From Octopus sinensis (lineage: Eukaryota): a stretch of 64,000 bases of DNA. Where the stretch lies: positions 184,822,001 to 184,886,000 of the forward strand of contig NC_042998.1 of NCBI RefSeq assembly GCF_006345805.1, written 5' to 3'. Made by a program: the position numbers and the translations under genes. Under the pieces are notes generated by a model, which did not search any database, was not told the DNA's origin, and worked only from the letters and a program-made list of their open reading frames with translations. This document shows, in pieces, positions 25,461 to 37,754 of the stretch (positions within the stretch are counted from its first letter, which is position 1; each line of letters starts with the position of its first letter).

Positions 25461-26237
25461 TACATACATAAATACATATATACATAAATACATACATACA
25501 TACATAAATACATACATACATACATATATATATATAATATATTAATAAATAAAATAAAACATATGCATATATATAAACATATATGTACGTACCTACCTCT
25601 ACATGTACATATACACGCATATATGAGTACAGGACACCAAAAGGACGTCGAACACAATGAGAAACGAAAACATAGACACAAACCAAAGGAACTGGACATT
25701 TATTAAAAACAGCAAAAAAATAGAAAACAGGACAATTAACACAAAGAAAAACCCCTTCTTCAGTCGCTAAAGATTTCATCTACTCTACGTTTCGAAGGAT
25801 AAAAGCGAGACGTATCTTCGACAAGAAAACTTTCCTTCCTGCGAAAAGCATAAATTAAATTAGAGATAAAACCACTATTAGGCAAATCAAACAGTGAAAA
25901 ACAAACCAAAACATAGAAATAAAATTAATTAATATAATATAGAAAATATAGAAAATATAAAATTAAAAATTAAAAATTTGGTCGGCCCGAGGCTATGGTT
26001 GAAGACACTTTCCTTAGGGATCACTCAGCAGGACTGAACCAAGAACCAAGTGATAGGGAGGAAAACTTCTTCCCACAGAGCCGCACCTGCACCTATGTAT
26101 AGTAATAAAATGTAACTGATTGCTGTTGTGCATGGATTTGAGTATGGAGTGCTATTTTTCTATAGGAATTTGCCTGGTCTCTTCTTTCGTCTTTCAGCTT
26201 CTTATTCAAATAGTTGATACTCACATACAGACCTATA

Positions 26238-26457
26238 CAGGGTTGGACAAAAGTCACTTGACAATAAATCAAAACCATTTAATTTCAAGATTATTTTATG
26301 TTTAACAACTGAATGAACTTAATAAAAGTATCTAAATATGAAACATCATGAATTTGTTCAAACTGAGTGACACAGTTTTCCATTCAAGTCAATACAGAAT
26401 TACAGGTAGTATTTATGGAATTTTAATTTACTCTCGGGTGACTTTTGGCCAACCCTG
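26238..26457. mobile_element. Tc1/mariner-type MITE
   Basis: TIRs cagggttggacaaaagtcac / gtgacttttggccaaccctg, flanked by TA on both sides. Confidence 0.85.
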
Positions 26458-26498
26458 TACATGCATGCATCTATCGAGTTATATATACTCATATATAA

Positions 26499-26728
26499 GG
26501 CGGCGATCTGGCAGAAACGTTAGCATGCCGGGCGAAATGCGTAGCCGTATTTCGTCTGTCGTTACGTTCTGAGTTCAAATTCCCCCGAGATCGACTTTGC
26601 CTTTCATCCTTTCGGGGTCGATAAATAAAGTACCAGTTGCGCACTGGGGTCGATGTAATCGACTTAATCCCTTTGTCTGTCCTTGTTTGTTCCCTCTGTG
26701 TTTAGCCCTTTGTGGGTAGTAAAGAAAT
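26499..26728 (+). mobile_element. SINE family C, full length
   Basis: ggcggcgatctggcagaaacgttagc...gagttcaaattcc (B box)...gcctttcatcctttcggggtcgataaa...gtaaagaaat. TSD tatatatactcatata (26480-26495 / 26730-26745). Confidence 0.9.
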
Positions 26729-27081
26729 GTATATATACTCATATACGCATGTACTCTTGCTCATAATCGCAATTATGCAGGTACTCACATAAATGCCGAA
26801 GAGTAAGCTATCTACTTGTTTCTGAATTCCTTTGCGTTAATAAGTTTAAAACCGTGATGAGCTGGAATTGAACTCAATACTGAACGTTCATAGATTGCTG
26901 CTATACACTTGCAACGCACACCGATGAACTTTTCCTACTCATGTTGTTTTACATTTAATTAATCGATGAAGGAAAAGTTGATTCTACATTGTAAGAAAGC
27001 GCAAGGAACGCTGATATGATTGTTTCACCTTGTATCACCCTTGGCGGGGCCGAACTGTAACCAAAGGCATTTCAGCTGTAA

Positions 27082-27682
27082 CCTATTTCTTTACTACCCA
27101 CAAGGGGCTAAACACAGAGAGGACAAACAAGGACAGACAAACGGATTAAGTCGATTATATCGACCCCAGTGCGTAACTAGTACTTATTTAATCGACCCCG
27201 AAAGGATTTAAGGCAAAGTCGACCTCGGTGGAATTTGAACTCAGAACGTAGCAGCAAACGAAATACCTATTTTTTTACTGCCCACAAGGAGCTACACACA
27301 GAGGGGACAAACAAGGACAGACAAACGGATTAAGTCGATTATATCGACCCCATTGCGTAACTGGTACTTATTTAATCGACCCCGAAAGGATGAAAGGCAA
27401 AGTCGACCTCGGCGGAATTTGAACTCAGAACGTAGCAGCAGACGAAATACCTATTTCTTTATTACCCACAAGGGGCTAAACATAGAGGGGACAAACAAGG
27501 ACAGACATGGGTATTAAGTCGATTACATCAACCACAGTGCGTAACTGATACTTAATTTATCGACCCCGAAAGGATTTAAGGCAAAGTCGACCTCGGTGGA
27601 ATTTGAACTAAGAACGTAGCAGCAGACGAAATACCGCTAGGCATTTCGCCCGGTGTGCTAACGGTTCTACCAGCTCACCGCC
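27082..27682 (-). mobile_element. Trimeric SINE family C insertion
   Basis: Three 184-bp units (27082, 27266, 27450) with a single 5' head; 12-bp TSD tttcagctgtaa at 27070-27081 and 27683-27694. Confidence 0.9.
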
Positions 27683-28004
27683 TTTCAGCTGTAAACAAAG
27701 CGTCATATGAAGAACTACATTATCTAATGTAAATTGGCCGCCTTACTATAGTGTACTATACTGAATTTCATCACAGTTCTCCGTTGTTGATAGAAAAAAA
27801 CATTGCAGTATTTCAACAGTTTATTTAGTTATTATTTTCTCTTGAGCGATATGTGATCTAGGACAGACCAGTAAATATTTTTCAGTTTTTCGGTTGCTTT
27901 CCTGTAGGCTCACAGAGTCTTCATAAAAGACTCAAGGTTTTGAAAAAAATATGAACACTTTTACATCTTGTACTACTTCATCAATTGTTTACAATATCGG
28001 CAAT

Positions 28005-28005
28005 A

Positions 28006-28037
<32 letters not shown>

Positions 28038-28137
28038 AGGAAGGAAAAAAGAAAGGAAGAAAGAAAGGAAGGAAGAAAGAAAGAAAGAAAGAAAGAAAGG
28101 AAGAAGGAAGGAAGAAAGAAAGAAAGAAAGGAAGGAA

Positions 28138-28174
<37 letters not shown>

Positions 28175-28358
28175 GAAGGAAGAAAGAAAGGAAGAAAGAA
28201 AGGAAGGAAGAAAGAAAGAAAGAAAAAAGGAAGAAAAGATGAAAGGAAGAAAGAAAGGAAGAAAGAAAAAAAAAGAAAGAAAGAAAGAAAGAAAGAAAAG
28301 AAAGAAAAAAAGAAGGAAGGAAATAAATAAATAAATAAAGAAAGAAAGAAAGAAAGAA

Positions 28359-28390
<32 letters not shown>

Positions 28391-28446
28391 AAAAAAAGAA
28401 AGCATGAAAGAAAGCATGAAAGAAAGAAAGAAAGAAAGAAAGAAAA
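28005..28446. repeat. (GAAA/GGAA)n polypurine tract
   Basis: Directly visible. Confidence 0.95.
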
Positions 28447-28719
28447 TAATATCTGTCAAATATTCTATTTATTCATTGATCAAATGTACTGTCAAACCTT
28501 TTTTCCACTCTGATACGGTTTTGTGGAAATAAAATATTTGATATGAAGTATTTTGCCAAATTAAACCAAAATCTATTTGAACGATGAACAGCCATTACAT
28601 TAAGCAGCAAGTAGAAGAAACATCGTCGTTGCACCATAACAACTACAACAACAATAAGTTATTACGATGATCGTGGTTGTCGTCATTACTGTGATAATGA
28701 TCATTATTATCATTATTGA

Positions 28720-28929
28720 AGCGGTGAGCTGGCTGAATTGTTAGCACGCCGGCCAAAATGCCTAGCGGCATTTCGTCCGTCTTTACATTCTGAGTTCAAA
28801 TTCCGCTGAGGTCGACTTTGCTTTTTATTTTTTCGGAATCGATGAAATAAGTATCAGTTACGTACTAGGGTCGATACAATCGACCAGACCCTCCCTTTAA
28901 ATTTCAGGCCTTGTGCCTACAGTAGACAG

Positions 28930-28930
<1 letters not shown>
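28720..28930 (+). mobile_element. SINE family C variant with a different 3' tail
   Basis: Same head and core as 26499; tail aaatttcaggccttgtgcct. Further copies at ~29610-29785 (-), 31185-31345, 31375-31585, 31595-31702, 37934-38080, 38336-38506 and 57500-57660. Confidence 0.8.
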
Positions 28931-29014
<84 letters not shown>

Positions 29015-29268
29015 GAGTGAGAGAGCAGTGCATGACATCAAAGTGACACTGGGGTAAAATATACGAAGCCCAGTATACCCATCATGACTACCCGTCTGAT
29101 AAGGGTACACTAGGCACATGCATCACAACCATATGTGCGCGATATGGTGATCTCATATCAAAATAAACAGCACATGACCTTGCAGGTGGGGCCCAGTTAG
29201 AATTTTCTTCAGGTCGAGTAACCCATCCCACTCGAAAGGTTCCTGAATAAGGGTTGTTTAAGGATGTT
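29015..29268 (-). mobile_element. 5'-truncated copy of a (TAA)n-embedded non-autonomous element
   Basis: Homologous to 35390-35640; (ATT)n on both sides. Confidence 0.75.
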
Positions 29269-32210
29269 TATAATTATTATTATTATTATCATTATTATTA
29301 TCGTTATGATTATCATAATTGCTACTTTCAGCAACAACATTATGTACCAACCAGGAAGCACATACGTAGCAACTCTGTCTGCCAGTGTTGCATCCAGATT
29401 ACCCCACTATTAAAGAAGAAGAAAAAAGAGTTGTTTATACAACTAGGGATATCCTCTAACTGAAAAACATAAAGATGTTCATAGTTTAAGTACTTTTGAG
29501 CCTTTTATCATAAGTCTGGTCGATCAAAGCCTTGAACTAAAAACAGCAACAACAAAGAATATAACATTTTACAGCAGAAAATATTATACTATTCAAACAA
29601 CAAATGGTTTTAAATATTTGACACAAGGACAACAATTTCGTGGGGAGGGTTAAGTCAATTAGATCGACCTCGAAAGGATGAAAGGCAAAATCGACCTCGG
29701 TGGAATTTGAACTCAGAAAATGAAGACGGACGAAATGCCGCTAAGAATTATGCCCGGCATGCTAACGATCCTACTTGTTTCCGCCTTTTTGAAACAACAA
29801 ATATTGGTGAGATGAGAATGGTGAGTACTATGTATAGTATATTTACTATTCAGTATTGTTCAGTTACTTACTGTTAAAAATCAATTTATTCAATTTCTAC
29901 TGACGATCATCTCTAATTTCCAGTGAAAGTAAGTGAAAACAAAATTGCTGAATTTGTAAATTCCACGAGAAATATAGCGAAAGCACTTTAGAAATGGCCA
30001 CTGAGTTAAAGTAAAGCTTTGACTAATTTACCCAGACAAAATATTTCCTGTGGTTGTTAAACATCCGTGTTAACTTTGAATGCGTACACTGGATGCAAAA
30101 ACCATTCCAGTTGTGAATATCCTGTGTATTTTTTAGGCATAGTGAAATCCTGACTACATTGAACACTGTTTCTGTCCTTCCTGTTCTGTTTAATACGACT
30201 TGGTCATAAAAATTAAAGACAATATGCACGACTCTCTTCAGGACTCCAAAAATGGTGGAAGTGGTGGAAACTATCCTCAGACCCGAGGCCGATTCTGCTG
30301 AAAGTATCCAAGAAACAGACGAAGAGGTGTTAAGTTTACAAATCAAGAATAGGGAAGATTTCTGTCTATAAAATTTCACTCATAAAGCTTTGTTCAGCTC
30401 AAGGCTATGGTTCAAGTGACTTGCCATTCGTGCTATACAGTGGGATTAAACTCGAAATTATGAAATAGAGAAGCAAATTTCCTGACCGTACAATCTTACA
30501 TTTTTTTTTGTAAGGGGTATATTTGACTGCTATTTCTAGCAGACCGATTTGATCATGTGGAGACATCGTCTACAGCTTCAGAAATATTTTGTTTGTTTGC
30601 TTGAGCCGGCACTGTTCTTAAGTTTAGTGTTATTAGAATCGGCAAATAGAACTTTCCACAATGTGGTATGTCTCCATCAATTTAAAAGTTGCGTTCCAAT
30701 GTAAATCACAATCACTTCCAATTCTTTTCTGCGTCAGCAATGCAAAGCAAGACAGCTTTTCTGTAATCCCAGCAGGCGGTGAACGAAGCATGAAGTTTCA
30801 CATGAATAATGTAAAGAGATTTCTCATTCTAAATCCAGACATCTTGAACTTCAATAAATGATTTATATCAGACTTCAGTCAACTTGTCATAAACAATAAT
30901 TGACTCACAGGCAGAATGTTTCAGCTAGCAAGCTTGTGGTTTTGCTGTTTACAGATAGAAAAGGACGTTATTCAATTGACGGGGCTCGAGAGGTGGTATT
31001 TCAGGATATTAAACACGAGTACATGAATCTCTTTAAAAAGACGTCCGAAATATAATTCTTCTTCACAATAAATAAACATTATCGAAAATTTAATTTAAGA
31101 AACAGAAAAATTATTATTAGTATTATTATTTTCATTTTATTAACTACAGCTAATCCTCTGAAATAAATAAAAAGGAAATAAACTGGCTGAATCGTTATCA
31201 CACCGGACAAAATTCCGGGCAGTAATTCTTCCAATTCGACCGAGGTAAACTATACCTTTCATTCTTTCGGGGTCACATTAGGGTCGATATAAATGATTTA
31301 CTCCTTCGCTGAAAACTGTTGTCTATGCGCCAAAATTTAAAAAAGAAAAGACTTATTATTATTACTATTCAGAAGGCGATGAGCTGGCAGAGTCGCTAGC
31401 GCGTCGGATATGGTGCTTTGTGGCATTTCTTCCGGCTATTTACGTTCTCGGGCGTTCAAATCCTCATCAAGGTCAATTTGGTCTTTTATCCTTTCGGGGT
31501 ACTAGTTCAGCGCTGGGTAGATATACTCGACTAGCTTCTCTCTTCCAAATTTTCAGGTCTTGTACCTATAGCAGAAAAAATTATTATCATTAAAGGCGGC
31601 GAGCTGGCAGAAACGTTAGCACGCCGGGCGAAATGCTTAGCAGTTTAACGTCTATTTTCATGTTCTGAGTTCAAATTCCGCCGAGGTCGACTTTGCCTTT
31701 CACGTATCTAGGCCGGAAATACATGAGAATATACGTATTTAGACTAGGTACTTCAGTCCAGTCAACAATTTGGGAATTGACAGATGGCCTAAAACTCTCA
31801 ACTGAATGATGAACTTCATAAGGTGCCGGATTGTTTATTTTACTGAGCCTCAGAAAGATCAAATATGTCCGATAGTATTTGGACTTAGAATGTAAAGGAA
31901 CGTAAGTAAATGTGTATCAGTTGGACAGACACTACCTTTTCTGAATTTCACTACCGTTTACCTTTAAAATAATAACTATTACACATTATAGTATATTTAA
32001 CAATAAGCGGCAGATCGACCTCCAGCTATATAGCTAACACAATCTACATACATTCACGTCACAGCCTTTCAACATACATACAAATGCATGTGCACACAAA
32101 CACACTAATTTATCCACATATTCATTTATATTATATTATACTGTATGGGTGTGTATGTAGGTAAAGGTAAAGTTATTGTTTTTAATAAGGGTTTTTACTT
32201 TTACTTTTTA

Positions 32211-32609
32211 CTAGCAGTATCGCCCGGCGTTGCTCGGGTTTGTAAGGGAAATAACTATATAAGCATTATTAGAGAGTTATAGCCAAAAAATAGCAAAAAA
32301 AAATACATTAAAAATGGAAAACAAATGATGGTAATTTTTTTTTTTAATTGTTGACTCATCGTAGACATTTTTAGAGAGTTACTTCCCTTATATAATAGCG
32401 AAAAAATGCATTAAAAGGGAAAAAAATGATGGTATTTTTTTTTTAATTCGTAGACTCATCGTAGACGCGCGCTAATACCCAGAAGGGCTCGATATGAATC
32501 ACGACTATAAGATACCCGGTTTTGGTTAAACTGCACCGCAAAATGTGGGAGTAGTTTGGAATTTAAATCGTAGGAGACAGACACATAACTTCTCTTTTAT
32601 ATATAAAGA
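32211..32609 (-). mobile_element. Non-autonomous Helitron flanked by a 75-bp direct repeat
   Basis: TC...hairpin-CTAG termini; 32136-32210 repeats at 32610-32684 with 2 mismatches. Confidence 0.88.
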
Positions 32610-33418
32610 TTATACTGTATGGGTGTGTATGTAGGTAAAGGTAAAGTTATTGTTTTTAATAAGAGTTTTTATTTTTACTTTTTATATCCGTTAACTACAT
32701 GGAGTAGAGCTGATATTTCAGTACAATGACGCGAGTTTAAGTCCTAAGTTAACTAAATAAAAGCAGTTAAGCCTAGTACCATAACTAATGGGAAGTGAAA
32801 ACAGCTAACATGCGGTCACCTTACAGCGGAATAAATATACACCTTGCCGGGTATGATCTGTCCTCAAACGTATTTTATAGCGATATGGCGTCGAGTATAA
32901 ATTTATAGTAAGCAATAAAGCTTGTCACACGCAGCCTTTACGTTTAGAATTGGTTAAATCACCACCATTGCCCAACGCTCCGTATCTGGTGTTAAAATAC
33001 TAAAAAGACGTGAATCACCATTGATGGGTGTTTAGCTATTAACTTTAACCAGATTCCAGTTATGAACTCAATGTTCCTGCGAAGTTTCAGGGCTTAGTCC
33101 TAAGTCATAAGAACATAAAACAATAAAAAAAATTCTTTTTTTTTTTTACTAATTCACAGTAGACCATAATAAGGATCATGTATAATAATGGAAAATTTTA
33201 TTTATCATCATCATCATCATCATCATCGTTCATCATCATCATCATCATCGTCGTCGCCGTCGTCGCTATTGCTGCTGCTGCTGTTGTTGTTGTTGTTGTT
33301 GTTGTTGTTCTTCTTCTTCTTCTTCTTCTTCTTCTTCTTCTTCTCCTCCTCCTTCTTACCCCTGTGACTAATAAAAGAAATTATTATTACTATCATCATC
33401 ATTATCATTATTATTATT

Positions 33419-33850
33419 GCCTTTACACAGCTTCTAACGCTGGAGATGTTCTACAGTGTCAACTGTTCACTACCAGTGAACTAAGTTAACACCTCTTGTT
33501 TTTCGAGCGCCTTCCGGAGTATTCGAGCGGTTCCAAGCAGTGCTGTTTGTTCCACGTACTTTTCGAGATTTTTTGCTCACTGTTCCCAGGGATCCTACAA
33601 TTATTGGTACTACTGCTACCTTTTTCATCGACCACAACTGTTTAACTTCCCAAGCTAACCTGTCATATCTCGCGACTTTTCTTTCTTCCTTATCGCATAC
33701 CTTGCTGTCAGCTGGACATGCTATATCTATGATCCAGCATAGTTTGTTTTCGTTCTCAATTAAAACTATGTCCAGCTTCCAATTCTCTATCTCATGGTCG
33801 CATTGAATCATAAGATCCCATAGGATCCTTTGCATTTCCATTTTCAACGG
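33419..33850 (-). mobile_element. R4/Dong-clade LINE 3' fragment (restriction-like endonuclease)
   Basis: ILWDLMIQCDHEIENWKLDIVLI...CWIIDIACPAD...KEERKVARYDRL.WEV..LW...VVPIIVGSLG, ending in an (AAT)n tail. Confidence 0.88.
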
Positions 33851-33889
33851 TGCCTTCAGGTTTGTGGTCGTACCAATTTTTTGCTCTGT

Positions 33890-35290
33890 CAAGTCCGACG
33901 GCAGGGGACGCTGGACGGAGGGACAGGTTAAATTGCTCGGGCACTGGTTTGGTCCAGATCATCTGGCGGAGAAGAGCTAGGACGAGATGACGAGCAGGGT
34001 GCCAATCTCACCCAGAAATAGTTCAAGAGAAAACTATCCTTGAAGGGTCGGGCAAAGGTGGAAAATGCTTACATGACTCTATTATACATTATCGCTTGAC
34101 CGTCGTGCCTTGTCACAGTTTACGTCTAACCAAACAGCGCATACTCTTCCGCTTTCCACTGGTCAGGCGCTCTATTTCTTGTCAACAATCGCTGAATGGA
34201 GGGCTGGGCATGTCGTGGCTGCAGATGGGCAGACATGCGCTGGGGCCGCAATATCTTCAGCGCTTCCTTGACAATGAGCAAATTTGGTCGTCATTTGTCA
34301 GACGGATGAGATGTCGTTTGTCGTTTGTCAGACGGGTGACGGTTTGTCAGACGCAGCTCGTCTCTTTGAGCTGGATCAAACATAGTCCGTGGCAAGGCGC
34401 CTTACACTTAAAAGTGTCATCAGGTGCTCACAGTCCTCTTTCAGTTGGGCAATGCGGTCGGCAGAAGTTCCACTCGGGTATTCTAAAGTGGGTTAGTGGC
34501 GGGCAAGTACAATGACGTTCTCGAGGAGACTCTGGGCGTCAACGAGAATCAACTGGCTGGTCTATTTAGGACTTTCGGGCCGGGACCAAAGGATAATTTC
34601 CAGAAATCCTTGACATAACAGTACTACTGGAGGTATTGCGGATTCGAGTAAACACTAAAAGCATAGAAGCGCTGCCCGCTCGCTTCGCCGTAATGAGTAG
34701 AGCGACGAAATGGTTCTGCACGCTCTCAGCCAGTGTTCGAACATTGCTGACTTCTGAGTGGATTATGTAGAACACCTGCTGTCACGTGTAGGATGGATTT
34801 GGCTATTGTCGGAGACCATTGTGAAGATCGTCTCGCCGCCTTCCTTTCCGCCGGGAAGGGCAGGCAGGGTTTCTTTGGTAACCTAGCGAAAGAAGTTGTG
34901 TGATGGACCAGATTGAAAGGACTGAAGATAGATACTTTCCTCCTTGGCCAAGCTTTCATCAACTTAATCAAGTTTCCCTGAAAAGGAAAGTGAAAGTAGA
35001 AAAGAAAATGTTGCCTCCCAGCAAATTTGCCGAAAGGTGGGTGAATGTAGTAAGAATGGTTCGAGTGGACGGGTCTACTCTAAGCAAGCGCCTATGAATG
35101 GTAGAGGGCATTGCCCTACTGGTCAGGATCTTTATAGTTTTGTGGAGTTTCCTCGAGCAGCCCTACGAAGTCTCCCTCTTTTGGGTAATTTTTCATTGTT
35201 AATATTTATTTCGTCATCGTTTTCACTGTTTACATGCACCAGTTTATGTAACTCCACATTCTAATGTCTTGTATTGTCCCAAATGTTTTT
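33890..35290 (+). mobile_element. Decayed L1/Tx1-type LINE ORF2 C-terminal region and 3' UTR
   Basis: Fragments KLLGHWFG, KLSLKGRAKV, YRLTVVPC, GGLGMSWL, a decayed Cys/His knuckle near 34670-34735 and AKEVV; many stops. Confidence 0.7.
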
Positions 35291-35317
35291 TGAAAATCAT
35301 TAGGGGTTAATAAAAGA

Positions 35318-35389
<72 letters not shown>

Positions 35390-35940
35390 GTGAGTGAGGG
35401 AGCAGCCATCAAAGTGACACTGTTGTAACATATACGAAGCCCAGTAAACCCATTGACTACCCGTCTGATAAGGGTACACCAGGCACATGCATCACAACCA
35501 TATGTGCTCGACATGGTGATCTCATATCAAGATAAACAGCGCATGACCTAGCAGGTGGGGCCCAGTTAGAATTTTCTTCTGGTCGAGTAGTCCACCCCGC
35601 TCAAAAAGTCCCTAAATAAGGATTGTTTCAGGATGTTGAACGAAACACCCATGTTTCCAGAGGTGAATTATTCAAACCCCAAAGAATCCTTCTCAACACA
35701 TGACTATGATGCTCCCCCACTACTTCTGCTCGTGATCAGAGATGCACATATCGTCAGCCACTAAGGAACATGCTCAACTGGTTAAGGTCAAACAACTGAC
35801 ATGCAAATCTGTGGTATTGAGCAGAATATTTTCTGTAGCCCATCTTTTATACCAAGACAAAACAATGCACATGATAAGACTTCCAATCAGTTAAGATCAG
35901 AAGCCATGAAAGCCACTGTCTGGTACTGCATCAGGGCATC
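35390..35940 (-). mobile_element. ~550-bp non-coding element embedded in (TAA)n
   Basis: Bounded by (ATT)n on both sides; second copy at 29015. No ORF and no obvious tRNA A/B boxes. Confidence 0.72.
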
Positions 35941-36886
35941 TATTATTATTAGTATTACTATTATTATTGTTGTTGTTGTTGTTGTTGTTGTTGTTAAAAA
36001 TCTCAACTTTATTTTGCTGGGAATGATGGAATGTAGCGGCTGTCCACAGCCAGCAGATTAACTTTAATCATAGTTCTGCGTACCCGGGGCTAAACAATAA
36101 TAACAGTAACAAATATGTGAGAATATGCGGACTAGCACACATGAGGGCTTTTAGTTGTGAGTTATTTATGCGTAAGGAGAGCGTACTGTCATACCGTTTC
36201 ATAGATATGTGTAAGGTGTGCGATTTTGCGTTATTATGAGGTTGCCATGTCTCCATTGACGGTCAAATTCATCTTTCATCCTTCTAATATCGTTAAAATA
36301 AGTACCCGTGAAGTAGTGGACTAAAATCGGCGACATAAATTCCTTCCCCAAATTTTCAACCTTGTAAGAAAGATAGAAATCCATGTCAAACCTCTACTCT
36401 TTGTAGAAAGGTAATACTGTTGCATTTTAGCCAGACGTTTGATTCTTTTTTAAAACCTTAATTTTTATTTATCTTTTGTCGCCCATACGACCATACGACT
36501 TAAGCGAGCTTCAGAATTTTCCCTCCATACTTAAAAAGCCCATTCTACTTCGGTTATTTAATACCGTCATCAAAACATAAATTGATACTGAAAAATACAA
36601 AAAAAAAGATGGCGTTTCGTTGCATACGACTTCTTTTATATACTCTTAATGCTTTTGTTTTTCCTGAGTCTTCTTTCCTCGCACCTATCTCCTATAACAG
36701 TTACTTTGTGTCTGACACATGTAATAAAGTGATAGATGAAAAGCTCCCGACAATCCTAAATACATAATTTCACCCCAATTGTAATCGACACTATTCTTAG
36801 TGCACTAAAGGGTACTAAAATCGAGTGGATCGAGTGTGATGTAGCCGATAAATATAGTCCATCAGATCTAGTGGATACATACATAA

Positions 36887-36932
<46 letters not shown>

Positions 36933-36957
36933 AAATGTAATAACGAAGAATTATATA

Positions 36958-37118
36958 GGCGCAGGAGTGGCTGTGTGGTAAGAAGCTTGCTTCCCAACCA
37001 CATGCTTCCGAGTTCAGTCCGACTGCGTGGCACCTTGGGCATGTGTCTTCTACTATAGCTTCGGGTCACCCAAAGCCTTGTGAGTGGATTTGGTAGGTGG
37101 AACTGAAAGAAACCCGTC

Positions 37119-37168
<50 letters not shown>

Positions 37169-37380
37169 GTGTATTTGTTATTTGTGTCTGTGTTTGTCCC
37201 GCTCACCATCGCTTGACAACCGATGTTGGTGTGTTTACATTCCCGTCACTTGGCGGTTCGGCAAAAGAGACCAATAGAATAAGTACTAGGCTTACAAGGA
37301 ATAAGCCCTGGGATCGATGTGTCCAACTGAAGGTGGTGCCCCAGCATGGCCGCAGTCAAATGACTGCAACAAGTAAAAAG
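36958..37380 (+). mobile_element. SINE family B, full length (tRNA-like head, internal microsatellite, CR1-like tail)
   Basis: gtggctgtgtggtaag...gagttcagtcc...accttgggca.gtgtcttctact...(TA)n...ccagcatggccgcagtcaaatgactg. Other partial copies at ~22560-22740, 24505-24600, 25205-25395, 25978-26090, 44135-44395, 48850-49030, 53785-54000 and 63083-63230. Confidence 0.9.
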
Positions 37381-37690
37381 AAAAAGAAGATAGATATATA
37401 CACATACGCATACATATATACATATACATACACATACATATGTATGTATACATGTATGTATGTATGTATGTATGTATGTATGTATGTATGTATGTATGTA
37501 TAATTCGTGTTATGCTCAGAAGTGATGCACGTTAACAGAATTTCCAACTCGAGTCGACTAGGACAAACCACTCCAAGTCTTTGTTAGAATATCCGTTTGT
37601 ATAGAATTCAGGACTGGCTAGTTTGTACAGGTCATAGAGTTATATAAGGTATAAGATGAAGTCAAACCAAGTAATGATATTTTGAATGCA

Positions 37691-37754
37691 TTTAATACAT
37701 ACGTTTCCAGTAATTGCGCAATAAATAAAGAAGGCAAAATCTTCCTCAGTTAAA
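37691..37754 (-). ncRNA. Hammerhead-like motif
   Basis: uuuaa-CUGAGGA-...uugc/gcaa...-GAAAC-GUAU-GUA-uuaaa, with a 5-bp stem I and a weak stem II. Confidence 0.4.

Noticed and set aside
35860-35940. HDV-like ribozyme at the 5' end of the (TAA)n element
   Set aside because: I could not find the P1/P3/L3 nested pseudoknot pattern by eye.
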